Shown one piece after another: positions 12,562 through 20,104 of a stretch of DNA of 64,000 bases. How positions within the stretch are numbered: the stretch's first letter is position 1; every line of letters starts with the position of its first letter. The stretch covers positions 2,565 to 66,564 of the forward strand of contig DATNIO010000197.1 in the NCBI GenBank assembly GCA_035604385.1. Direction: 5' to 3'. Position numbers and translations under genes: made by a program. Source of the stretch: Verrucomicrobiia bacterium. Lineage in GTDB: Bacteria > Acidobacteriota > Terriglobia > Acidiferrales > UBA7541. The notes beneath the pieces are model-generated. The model was not told the DNA's origin and searched no databases. It saw only the letters and a list, made by a program, of their open reading frames with translations.

Positions 12562-15486
12562 ATGTCGAAGGAGCTAGTGATCTCCGCGACCCCGCACGAA
12601 ACGCGGGTCGCGATTATGGAAGATGGACAGCTTTGTGAAATTTACATCGAACGCGAAAAAGAATTTGCTTTAGTCGGAAGTCTTTACAAAGGCCGCGTCA
12701 CCAGAGTTCTTCCGGGCATGCAGTCGGCCTTCGTTGATATCGGCCTCGATAGCGACGCCTTCCTGTACGTCAGCGATTTTCTGGAACATCTCGAGGAGTA
12801 CGACCACGTTGCGCCGGTCGAGCCCAAGTTCCGCAGGCCGGAGCCGGCCAAGAGCAGCGAAGTGTATCCGCCGTCGACGACCAACGGCGGCGTCGTTGCA
12901 CCCCCGGTCCATGTCCCTGAACCGATAGCGGAAGCCGCGCCCGTTGAGCCTGCAGAGGCTTTTGAGGCTGCTCCCGCCATCACGCCTCTTGAAGGCGAGA
13001 CGTTCCAGGTTGCTGCCGCTGGCCAGCAGACTGCCTCTGAAAGCGGCGCTCCGCCTTCGGCCCCGATGCAGCGCACCCAGCATCCACCCTTCCCACAAAG
13101 AAATGACCGCGGGCGCGGCGGCTTTGGCAATCGCGGCGGACAGGGCGGACGCAACCGGCGCTGGGGACGCCCCGACCAGGGACGCGGCGGACGCGATCGC
13201 CGGCCCGGGCGCGATCTGCCGCCGTCCAAATACGCCTCGCCTTCGGATTCGAGGCCGCCGCGCGAGTCTCAGCCTTATGAACCGGCTGCCGCGGATTTCG
13301 AGCCCATCATTCTGCCGGGCGAGTCGCTCTCAAAATTCAAAGATCGCGTTCCGTCCGCATCTGCGGCGCCTCCGGCCGAGCATTCTTCATTCGGCGCCTG
13401 TACTTCCGCCGCGCCGCCCGCGCCGCGGACGTTCACGGACGAGGAATTGTCCGCGGGATTGCCGGGCGCGCTGTTTGCGACTCCGCCGGCCGCGGTTCCT
13501 GAAGAACACGAAACCCATGTGGCGGATCTGAGAGCCGAGGCGCCCGCCAGCGTGCCGGAATATGCCGATGCTTCACCGGACGCGAAACGGGAAATCGCTC
13601 GCGACCTCGACAGTCTCGATCCCAGAACGGGCCCGGCGGCGATCACGGACGCGCAGGCCCCGAATAGCTCAGGCCTTTCCGAGGAAGATGTAAGCTCGCT
13701 TGCCGAACAGCTCGCCGAGGCCAAGCACGAAGAAGCGCAGGCCGATGCCGAAGAGCGGTCCGAAGCAGTTGAGGCCGTGGCCGAATCGTACGTAGAGCCC
13801 GCCGAACTCGAAGAGTTGCAGGAAGCGCTGGACACCGATCAGGAAAGTGAAAGAGAAGATGATCAGGACGCTGAGCAGGAAAACGACCAGGAAGACGATC
13901 ACGAGAACGCGGCGGCGGAAGCTGACGCCATCGCCGACGAAATGCATGACGAAGCGCTGGCGGCGGAAGCGGCTCCAGGACTCGGGGCAGAACACTTAGC
14001 AGAACACGAAGAAGGGCGCGGAGAAGAGCACGGGGGAGAACACGCTGGGGAGCACGCCGGGGCTGACGGCGAAGTTCACGAAGAATTTCACGAGGCCGCG
14101 GAAGCGCCGCATGCGGCTGAGGGACAGCCGCCCACGAGCGCGCGCATTTCCGAACAGCCGCGCGCACGCTTCCAACGCCCCATGCGCCGGGGAAACCGCC
14201 CGCAGCGCGGAGGCCGCCGCCCCGGACGCCCTCACCAGCCGGTGCAGCACGGCCACCCGAGGCACGAACAGCATCGCCGCCCGCAGCTCATTTCCGAAAT
14301 GCTGAAGGCCGGCGAGGAAATAATTGTACAGATTGCAAAAGAACCGCTTGGTAAAAAAGGAGCGCGCATCACCAGCCACGTCGCGCTGCCCGGCCGCTTT
14401 CTCGTCTACATGCCCACGGTCGATCACATCGGCGTGTCGCGGCGCATCGGCTCGGCGGAAGACCGCTCGCGCCTGCGGCGCCTCGTGACCGAAGCCAAGG
14501 GAACGTTTCCCGGCGGCTTCATCGTGCGCACGGCTGCGTCCGGAGCGAGCGACGAGGAAATTCGCACCGACGTCGAATTCCTCGGCCGCACCTGGGACAC
14601 GATTCGCGCCACTTCCGAGCAGCGCCGCGCGCCCGCCTTGCTCCACCGCGACCTGAATCTCGTCCAGCGCATCCTCCGCGACTATCTGAGCGACGATTAC
14701 GTCGCCATCTGGCTCGACAACGAAGAGGAATTCACCAAGGTCGTCGAATTCGTGGGCCGCTTCCAGCCGAAGCTCGTCCCGCGCGTGAAGCTGTACACCA
14801 AAGACGCGCCGATCTTCGAGGAATTCGGCATCCAGCAGGAGCTGGATAAGGCGCTGCGCCCCAAAGTGTGGCTCAAGTCCGGCGGCTACATCGTCATCAA
14901 CCACACCGAAGCGCTCGTGGCGATCGACGTCAACACCGGCAAATACGTGGGCCGCGGCTCGACGCGCCTCGAGGACACCATCGTCAAAACCAACCTCGAA
15001 GCCGTGAAGGAAATCGTGCGGCAAATCCGCCTGCGCGACCTCGGCGGCATCATCGTGTGCGATCTCATCGACATGGAAGAGCGCCGCAACCGCGAAAAAG
15101 TCCTGGCCGCTCTCGATCAGGCCTTGCAGCAGGACCGCGCGCCCTCGAAGGCCCTCCCGTTCAACGAATTCGGCCTGGTGTGCATCACGCGCAAACGCAC
15201 CAAGCAAGCCCTGGAACGCGTCCTGTGCCAGCCCTGCCCGTACTGCACCGGCTCCGGCATGGTCAAGTCCATCCCCACGATCTGCTACGAGATTCAAACC
15301 GAAGCGAAAAAAATGGCCGCCGACCTGGACGCGCAAAACGTCACCCTGCGCGTCAACCCGGAAATCGCCAAGGCCCTGAAGACGCGCGAGTCCTCCCTGA
15401 TCGAGGATCTCGAACACGCCACGCGCAAGACCATCATCATCCAGTCGGACCCGACGCTACATTGGGAGCAGTACGATATTTATTGA
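12562..15486 (+). CDS. RNase E/G family ribonuclease with a large low-complexity insertion
   Basis: GAGGAG RBS. N-terminal S1 half VGSLYKGRVTRVLPGMQSAFVDIGLDSDAFLYVSD. The S1 domain resumes at about aa 577 (ISEMLKAGEEIIVQIAKEPLGKKGARITSHVALPGRFLVYMP). Catalytic core has ALVAIDVNTGKY, RLRDLGGIIVCDLIDM and Zn-link CPYCTGSG. Confidence 0.9.
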   Translation: MSKELVISATPHETRVAIMEDGQLCEIYIEREKEFALVGSLYKGRVTRVLPGMQSAFVDIGLDSDAFLYVSDFLEHLEEYDHVAPVEPKFRRPEPAKSSEVYPPSTTNGGVVAPPVHVPEPIAEAAPVEPAEAFEAAPAITPLEGETFQVAAAGQQTASESGAPPSAPMQRTQHPPFPQRNDRGRGGFGNRGGQGGRNRRWGRPDQGRGGRDRRPGRDLPPSKYASPSDSRPPRESQPYEPAAADFEPIILPGESLSKFKDRVPSASAAPPAEHSSFGACTSAAPPAPRTFTDEELSAGLPGALFATPPAAVPEEHETHVADLRAEAPASVPEYADASPDAKREIARDLDSLDPRTGPAAITDAQAPNSSGLSEEDVSSLAEQLAEAKHEEAQADAEERSEAVEAVAESYVEPAELEELQEALDTDQESEREDDQDAEQENDQEDDHENAAAEADAIADEMHDEALAAEAAPGLGAEHLAEHEEGRGEEHGGEHAGEHAGADGEVHEEFHEAAEAPHAAEGQPPTSARISEQPRARFQRPMRRGNRPQRGGRRPGRPHQPVQHGHPRHEQHRRPQLISEMLKAGEEIIVQIAKEPLGKKGARITSHVALPGRFLVYMPTVDHIGVSRRIGSAEDRSRLRRLVTEAKGTFPGGFIVRTAASGASDEEIRTDVEFLGRTWDTIRATSEQRRAPALLHRDLNLVQRILRDYLSDDYVAIWLDNEEEFTKVVEFVGRFQPKLVPRVKLYTKDAPIFEEFGIQQELDKALRPKVWLKSGGYIVINHTEALVAIDVNTGKYVGRGSTRLEDTIVKTNLEAVKEIVRQIRLRDLGGIIVCDLIDMEERRNREKVLAALDQALQQDRAPSKALPFNEFGLVCITRKRTKQALERVLCQPCPYCTGSGMVKSIPTICYEIQTEAKKMAADLDAQNVTLRVNPEIAKALKTRESSLIEDLEHATRKTIIIQSDPTLHWEQYDIY

Positions 15487-15582
15487 TTTGTTAGATCAAT
15501 GCCATCCCCTACGCTCTGCGAGATACAGTGTGGGGGGATGCTTCTGCGCTGTAGCACCGTTCACAATTACTGGGCACGACTC

Positions 15583-17448
15583 CTACAATTGAGCAAATGA
15601 AGCGAAAATGTTTTCGATTTCTAGAAATGGGGACGGTAAGCCTGCGGACGCCTCCCTAAGGTAAGCAATTTTGAATCTTCCAAAGTCTAAATTGGCGTGC
15701 CGCCCGGAACAAAAAATGTTCAGGATGGGCCGTCCCGGCATCAATTTTTTCCAATTTCCATCCAGCAAGCTCGCCTCAAGCTGGTTGAACGTCTGTGTCG
15801 TAAAATCCTTGATTGCCTTATCTTGAAGCAATGTCGTAAGACGTTTATCTTCACTTCTGGCAGCATCAGTCAGCAACACAATCAGTTCATCAAGCGATTT
15901 ACCGTGGCTGCCACTCGGAAGTATGCTCACATTCCCTGCGACCTCTCTAAATTGCGCTGACACAATCAGCGCCGCCGCATGGGAGAGTCGGGATCGTGCT
16001 ATTTCGAGAAGACGTGCATTAATTTGCGCTGGATCACGCAACCATGATCCCTCGGACTCAATCGGCTTGAAAACTCGCGCGATGACGTTTTCGTCGAGGA
16101 AGTAGTTCTCCAAATGGTACCGTTCAAGTACTTTTACCCGGCCGGGCGCTGAATGTTCCAACCTTTGTATATCACTTGTTGATGGAACTGCATCTCGATC
16201 GCATAGCATGAAGAATTGAACACCCCAAATAGTTTTTTCTAAGACACGCTCTTGAACTAACCCGAAACTCTGGATTAGGCCTTTCCCGCCACTCGGCACA
16301 AGAACCAAATTGGGAAATTTATTCGTGAGGATCGCTCCGTAAGTCTGCTTATCTAGGCTGCCCTGCTCACCTTCAATTAGAACAATCCTTTTTCCAAGCG
16401 ACACAATGCCAATTGACTGACCGAGTAGCTTTAGCGCTTGATGGGTGTCGTCATTCTCGCGAACCATTATTGCTTGATTTGAAGCATCGCTCCTCGGTGG
16501 TGAAATAAAGACGACCGAGTAGTCCAGGGAGGCGGAAATAATTTCGGCAGAATGCGTACAGAAGATGAACTGATTTCGTACCCCAATCCCCCGAAGGGTT
16601 TGCAGGAGTTTGTAGCTTAGTTCAGGATGTAAATGCAATTCCGGTTCATCAAAAAACACGATGCAGTCACTCGGATTCCGCAAAAGAAAGTCAAATGCTA
16701 CATTCACGACCTCACGCTCACCCGAGCTAAGGGACGTTATCGGAAACTCCCGGCCATGCTCGTCCTTGTAGAATAGTTGCTGCTTGACTGCTTCAGGATC
16801 GACCAATGATTTGGGTGCCAGCAGCTGAGAGAATATTCGTTTAAACGGTTCGAGAGGATCGGGAAATGCTGAGGGATCTATTTGGATCGTGCCGTGCTTT
16901 GAATCAAGTTGGCGTAAAGTGGACGACTCCCGAATAAGTTGTTCTACTTTCAGCGCTATCGCTTCTCTACGACTTCTCACCTTTCTAAATATGGAATGGA
17001 CGGTATCCGTGAAACGATTGGAGAGGGCGTTAAACCCGAAATTCCAACCAATCATTTCTTCGAATGGGTCGGCCATATCCCATGTGAATGCGAAGGGCTG
17101 TATCTGCGTGATCGACCGATTGCTTTCGAAATTAAGGATGCTACTTACTTGGCCAGCACGACGGCGATTCTGTTGAAGATGCTGTCGAAACTTTTGTGCG
17201 TCTTCTGCGACCCTGGTATCCAGAGCGGATTTACCCCACGCGACTCGCTCTTCCTCGCAGGTTGCTTCAATCGCCACCCATTGATTTGAATTCGAAGGGA
17301 GGTTTTGGAAGAAACTCAACAGCCACTGAATTAGACGGGACTTGCCAACTCCGTTAGGTCCGGCAAACACAACGACGTCTGACAAGTTCTCGACCGCCAA
17401 TGTCTTTATCGGCTCAATGTTATTGGCACGGATGGATATGATCCGCAT
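15583..17448 (-). CDS. ABC-type ATPase fused to a Toprim/DUF4435-like domain (OLD-family / fused PARIS AriA-AriB-like)
   Basis: ATG 17448 preceded by GAGAGGAA. Walker A GPNGVGKS, signature-like LSSGERE, Walker B CIVFFDEPELHLHP, H-loop CTHS. These are followed by LIEGEQGSLD, SGGKG, LCDRD and YHLENYF, which match Toprim E / DxD and DUF4435-type motifs. Visibly lower GC than flanking genes. Confidence 0.7.
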   Translation of the reverse strand: MRIISIRANNIEPIKTLAVENLSDVVVFAGPNGVGKSRLIQWLLSFFQNLPSNSNQWVAIEATCEEERVAWGKSALDTRVAEDAQKFRQHLQQNRRRAGQVSSILNFESNRSITQIQPFAFTWDMADPFEEMIGWNFGFNALSNRFTDTVHSIFRKVRSRREAIALKVEQLIRESSTLRQLDSKHGTIQIDPSAFPDPLEPFKRIFSQLLAPKSLVDPEAVKQQLFYKDEHGREFPITSLSSGEREVVNVAFDFLLRNPSDCIVFFDEPELHLHPELSYKLLQTLRGIGVRNQFIFCTHSAEIISASLDYSVVFISPPRSDASNQAIMVRENDDTHQALKLLGQSIGIVSLGKRIVLIEGEQGSLDKQTYGAILTNKFPNLVLVPSGGKGLIQSFGLVQERVLEKTIWGVQFFMLCDRDAVPSTSDIQRLEHSAPGRVKVLERYHLENYFLDENVIARVFKPIESEGSWLRDPAQINARLLEIARSRLSHAAALIVSAQFREVAGNVSILPSGSHGKSLDELIVLLTDAARSEDKRLTTLLQDKAIKDFTTQTFNQLEASLLDGNWKKLMPGRPILNIFCSGRHANLDFGRFKIAYLREASAGLPSPFLEIENIFASFAQL

Positions 17449-17503
17449 TGTTCCTCTCAAAGTTGGGAGTCGCTACGCTCATTCCTAAGCGAGTCAGTCC
17501 TCT

Positions 17504-17565
17504 GGCGGGTGGCGAGGCCATTGTTTTTGAATTTGTGGGTCCCCATCCTTGACGATTTTCAGGGA
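17504..17565. repeat. dispersed intergenic repeat (TTTGAA..GGGTG / CACCCAAACTTCAAA superfamily)
   Basis: 'ggcgggtggcgaggccattgtttttgaatttgtgggtccccatccttgacgattttcaggg' aligns along its length with 20660-20727. Confidence 0.8.
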
Positions 17566-17734
17566 TGAGGCTATTCGGCCCGTTGTCGCTCTTCCATTGG
17601 ATTCTGTTCGATCCATTGATGCACTTCTACACCCCCCCTTCAAAAGCCCTAGGTAGCGTCGGGGCCGTCCAGCCGATGCGAAGTATAACACAAGTAGTGA
17701 TAGGAATTATTGAGTACACTCTGAAGCATTTCCG

Positions 17735-18832
17735 GTGTATAAACGCAGGCGAGCCTCGTCTATGTACTGGTTCATTCTTCAATCCATTAAGTCTATCCGT
17801 CGTGCTAGGCGCCGTATCTTCGGAGGAGCACCCCCTTGGTGGTGGGACGATTTGCTTTCCCTCAGCGAATACATCAATTTCTTAAACCTTATCCCAACGT
17901 TTGGGGCAATTACGTTCGCGCCCAATCATTTTTTTCGGAAGCTTCCTGCAATCCTCAAAGGGAAATCTGATTTGTTCCTAGATCCAATTAAGTATGCGAC
18001 AACATGGAGCAGTCTGATCGTCTGCATCTTGCTGCTTACTCCTTACTCAACATATGGCGTAACAAAATACCAGGTCCTTGCATGCCTCGTGGGCGCCGCG
18101 CTAATTTCCCCATTCCTGCTTTCTCTCGGGGTGGGCATTGCGCTTGGGGTGCTTCGTTCGTTCTTTTCCTCACTATTAGGGGCCTTTCTATCGGATAGTT
18201 GGTTCACGCGGGTTTGGGACCAACCGCTATATAAAATCGCGCTCGAACCCCAGACCTACAGGAGGTTGATGTGGGGAATCTATTTCTGGGCGTTAATATA
18301 CTTCATCACTTTCTTGATTCCCGCCGGCGCCGTCGTGGTTGCTGTAGCTGCGGCAAGCATTGAGGCCACTAATTCGCTCGGTCTCTCGGGCCCGCTAGTA
18401 CTATTACCGACGGTCATTATTGCACAGTACGTGGTCGTCCGACCGTACGCGTCAATACTCGCAAACTCAATGAAAATTCCCACAAAGGCCGCTTATGAAT
18501 GGCGGCTCGAGCGCCTTGACTCGCTCTTGGATCGATATCTGGTGGCTCGATCTGCGTACGCGTATCCCGTTAGTCAGAAGAGCGGGAAGGTTGTGTCGGT
18601 AGATGAGGCGGGTTCTGACCTTCTTGGAGAGTGGACCCGGGTTCGAGCGCAAATACTGGCCCAGCAGAGAATCGCTCGGCGTTTGGGCGACATTTGGCTT
18701 ACGAGACTAAACGACGAACGCCCAGAAAGCTTCGCATCTATCGTAAGCGTGCAAGCGGCGCTGGACAAGCTGTCTCGTCCAAGTCTCACGCAAGATTTGG
18801 AAGCAATCGCCAACAGGAAGTTACTGGATTGA
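17735..18832 (+). CDS. hypothetical polytopic membrane protein with C-terminal soluble helical domain
   Basis: 365-aa ORF (GTG 17735; alternative ATG 17762). About 5-6 hydrophobic helices between aa 90-240, then a hydrophilic Arg/Leu-rich tail of about 120 aa. No motif recognised. Low GC. Divergent from the ATPase-Toprim gene. Confidence 0.6.
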   Translation: MYKRRRASSMYWFILQSIKSIRRARRRIFGGAPPWWWDDLLSLSEYINFLNLIPTFGAITFAPNHFFRKLPAILKGKSDLFLDPIKYATTWSSLIVCILLLTPYSTYGVTKYQVLACLVGAALISPFLLSLGVGIALGVLRSFFSSLLGAFLSDSWFTRVWDQPLYKIALEPQTYRRLMWGIYFWALIYFITFLIPAGAVVVAVAAASIEATNSLGLSGPLVLLPTVIIAQYVVVRPYASILANSMKIPTKAAYEWRLERLDSLLDRYLVARSAYAYPVSQKSGKVVSVDEAGSDLLGEWTRVRAQILAQQRIARRLGDIWLTRLNDERPESFASIVSVQAALDKLSRPSLTQDLEAIANRKLLD

Positions 18833-18866
18833 CTAATCGTTATGTAGCAGGGAGATGAAGGCGGTG

Positions 18867-18975
18867 GCAGAGCCTTTGAGCGGTTTTGAACTTCCGGGTG
18901 GCGCACCCTTGCGTTGTTGAAGGGTGCGGGTTTTCTGATCCTCGATTTTCCCTTTCCCGCGGGCCGGTAGCGTAA
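18867..18975. repeat. approx. 105-nt repeat unit, copy 1 (direct repeat of 19916-20023)
   Basis: 'agcctttgagcggttttgaacttccgggtggcgcacccttgcgttgttgaagggtgcgggttttctgatcctcgattttccctttcccgc' recurs with few substitutions at 19916-20023. Contains an 8-bp stem, gcaccctt/aagggtgc. Confidence 0.85.
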
Positions 18976-19040
18976 ACCACAGTCCGGAAGCTTTTCGATT
19001 GATCTTGGTTTGTGCAGTCCATGTAGCCGGAACGAAACCC

Positions 19041-19202
19041 CACAGACTTCACAGGCTGCGGAAAAAGTCAAAGCGCTGTCATTCTGAGCGAAGCGAAGAA
19101 TCTCTCCTTGTTTGTTTTCTTATGCTTAAATCGAAGAGAGATTCTTCGCTTCGCTCAGAATGACAAGACAAGACATTTTTTCCGCAGGCTGTGAAGTCTG
19201 TG
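19041..19202. repeat. 162-nt near-perfect palindromic (MITE-like) element
   Basis: Left arm 19041-19107 (cacagacttcacaggctgcggaaaaa...gtcattctgagcgaagcgaagaatctctcc) mirrors right arm 19137-19202. Loop of about 29 nt. Confidence 0.8.
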
Positions 19203-19310
19203 CTACCAAGACCCGCAGACGGGTGGCTTGCCTTTTGATTTGAACTTCGGAGTGCGCAATCCTTGGGGGTCTTCGAGGGCGGGGCATTGCTGAAAGCGCA
19301 GAGCGTTGAC

Positions 19311-19390
19311 GCGATTGTGCGCGCTGTGGCAAGGACCGTGGCAGAGGGATTCTTCGCTTCGCTCAGAATGACACCCGGTTGGGGCTGTAG
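19311..19390. repeat. 80-nt direct repeat, left copy, flanking the GIY-YIG gene
   Basis: 'gcgattgtgcgcgctgtggcaaggaccgtggcagagggattcttcgcttcgctcagaatgacacccggttggggctgtag' matches 19788-19867 with about 8 substitutions. Confidence 0.85.
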
Positions 19391-19434
19391 CGATAGACCA
19401 TTGAAAGTCCTGCGGGCGCCACCGCAGCTTGGTG

Positions 19435-19770
19435 TCATTCTGAGCGAAGCGAAGAATCTCTCCGTGGTTTTGCGTTGGGCGTTGGCGACTGTAATTCCGC
19501 AGCCATGTCCCGCCAGTGCGGATTGAAAGACTCGATCATCGCAATCTTCCTCGCTCGCAACCATCCCTTGAGTTGCTTCTCCCGCGCAATGGCGATACGG
19601 ATGTCTCCGAAGGCCTCGAAATACACGAGCTCGGTCACTCGGTAGCGAGCGGTAAAGCCCGGGACGCGCATCTCTTTGTGTTCCCTGACGCGGCGCAGGA
19701 GATCGCCCGTCACGCCGATGTAGAGAACGCGCGATGCGCTCGCCATGATGTACACATGGCAGGATTTCAT
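19435..19770 (-). CDS. GIY-YIG nuclease family protein (UPF0213-like)
   Basis: Start trimmed to MKSCHVYIMASASRVLYIGVTGDLLRRVREHK (GIY...YIG, Arg, REKQLK Glu). The C-terminal residues ...DSSLRSE are encoded by a copy of the 30-nt repeat 'gtcattctgagcgaagcgaagaatc'. Confidence 0.8.
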   Translation of the reverse strand: MKSCHVYIMASASRVLYIGVTGDLLRRVREHKEMRVPGFTARYRVTELVYFEAFGDIRIAIAREKQLKGWLRARKIAMIESFNPHWRDMAAELQSPTPNAKPRRDSSLRSE

Positions 19771-19787
19771 CGGAGAAACCTTCGCAC

Positions 19788-19867
19788 GCGATTGTACGCG
19801 CTGCGGCATGGACCGTGACAGAGGGATTCTTCGCTTCGCTCAGAATGACAACCAGTTGGGGCTGTAT
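19788..19867. repeat. 80-nt direct repeat, right copy, flanking the GIY-YIG gene
   Basis: See 19311-19390. Begins 18 nt upstream of the GIY-YIG start codon. Confidence 0.85.
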
Positions 19868-19915
19868 CAAATACACCCTGATCGGATAGTGTCAGCAACA
19901 CTCTGTTGGCGGGTA

Positions 19916-20055
19916 GGCTAGCCTTTGAACGACTTTGAACTTACGGGTGGCGCACCCTTGCGTTGTTGAAGGGTGCGGGTTTTCTGATCTTCTATTTTCC
20001 CCTTCCCGCTGGACGGTAGGGCGGGTGGCCCACCCTTGTTTGTTGTAGAATGCGG
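19916..20055. repeat. approx. 105-nt repeat unit, copy 2, plus adjoining ggcgggtggccc unit
   Basis: Direct repeat of 18867-18975. Its tail 'gggcgggtggcccacccttgtttgttgtagaatgcgg' carries a TAGAAT box at 20046-20051, about 55 nt upstream of the 20105 start codon. Confidence 0.8.
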
Positions 20056-20104
20056 TTCCGGTGCCCCCAATACGAAACTTAAGTCGGGAGCTCATGGAGG
20101 AAAT

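Noticed and set aside
13996-15417. 473-aa ORF antisense to the RNase E/G gene
   Set aside because: Typical high-GC antisense open frame. The Ala/Arg/Gly/Asp-rich low-complexity translation has no motifs, and the sense strand carries unmistakable RNase E/G motifs.
15487-15582. Weak hairpin 'catcccc...ggggatg' between the convergent RNase and ATPase genes
   Set aside because: Only about 7 bp of pairing and no T-run. Not enough to call a terminator.
18625-18650. tRNA-like T-arm string 'gggttcgagcgc' (and 'ggttcaattc' at about 34757)
   Set aside because: Both lie inside well-supported CDSs. I could not build acceptor, D or anticodon stems around them.
19078-19851. Possible CRISPR array (a 30-nt unit repeated five times)
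   Set aside because: The copies alternate in orientation. The spacings are irregular (about 29, 175, 60 and 358 nt). One copy is inside a CDS. No cas genes are present.
19079-19876. 265-aa ORF spanning the repeat cluster
   Set aside because: It reads through five copies of the 30-nt repeat and both 80-nt direct repeats. Only the 19435-19770 portion has a protein signature (GIY-YIG), and it sits in a different frame segment. The rest is a repeat-derived artefact.
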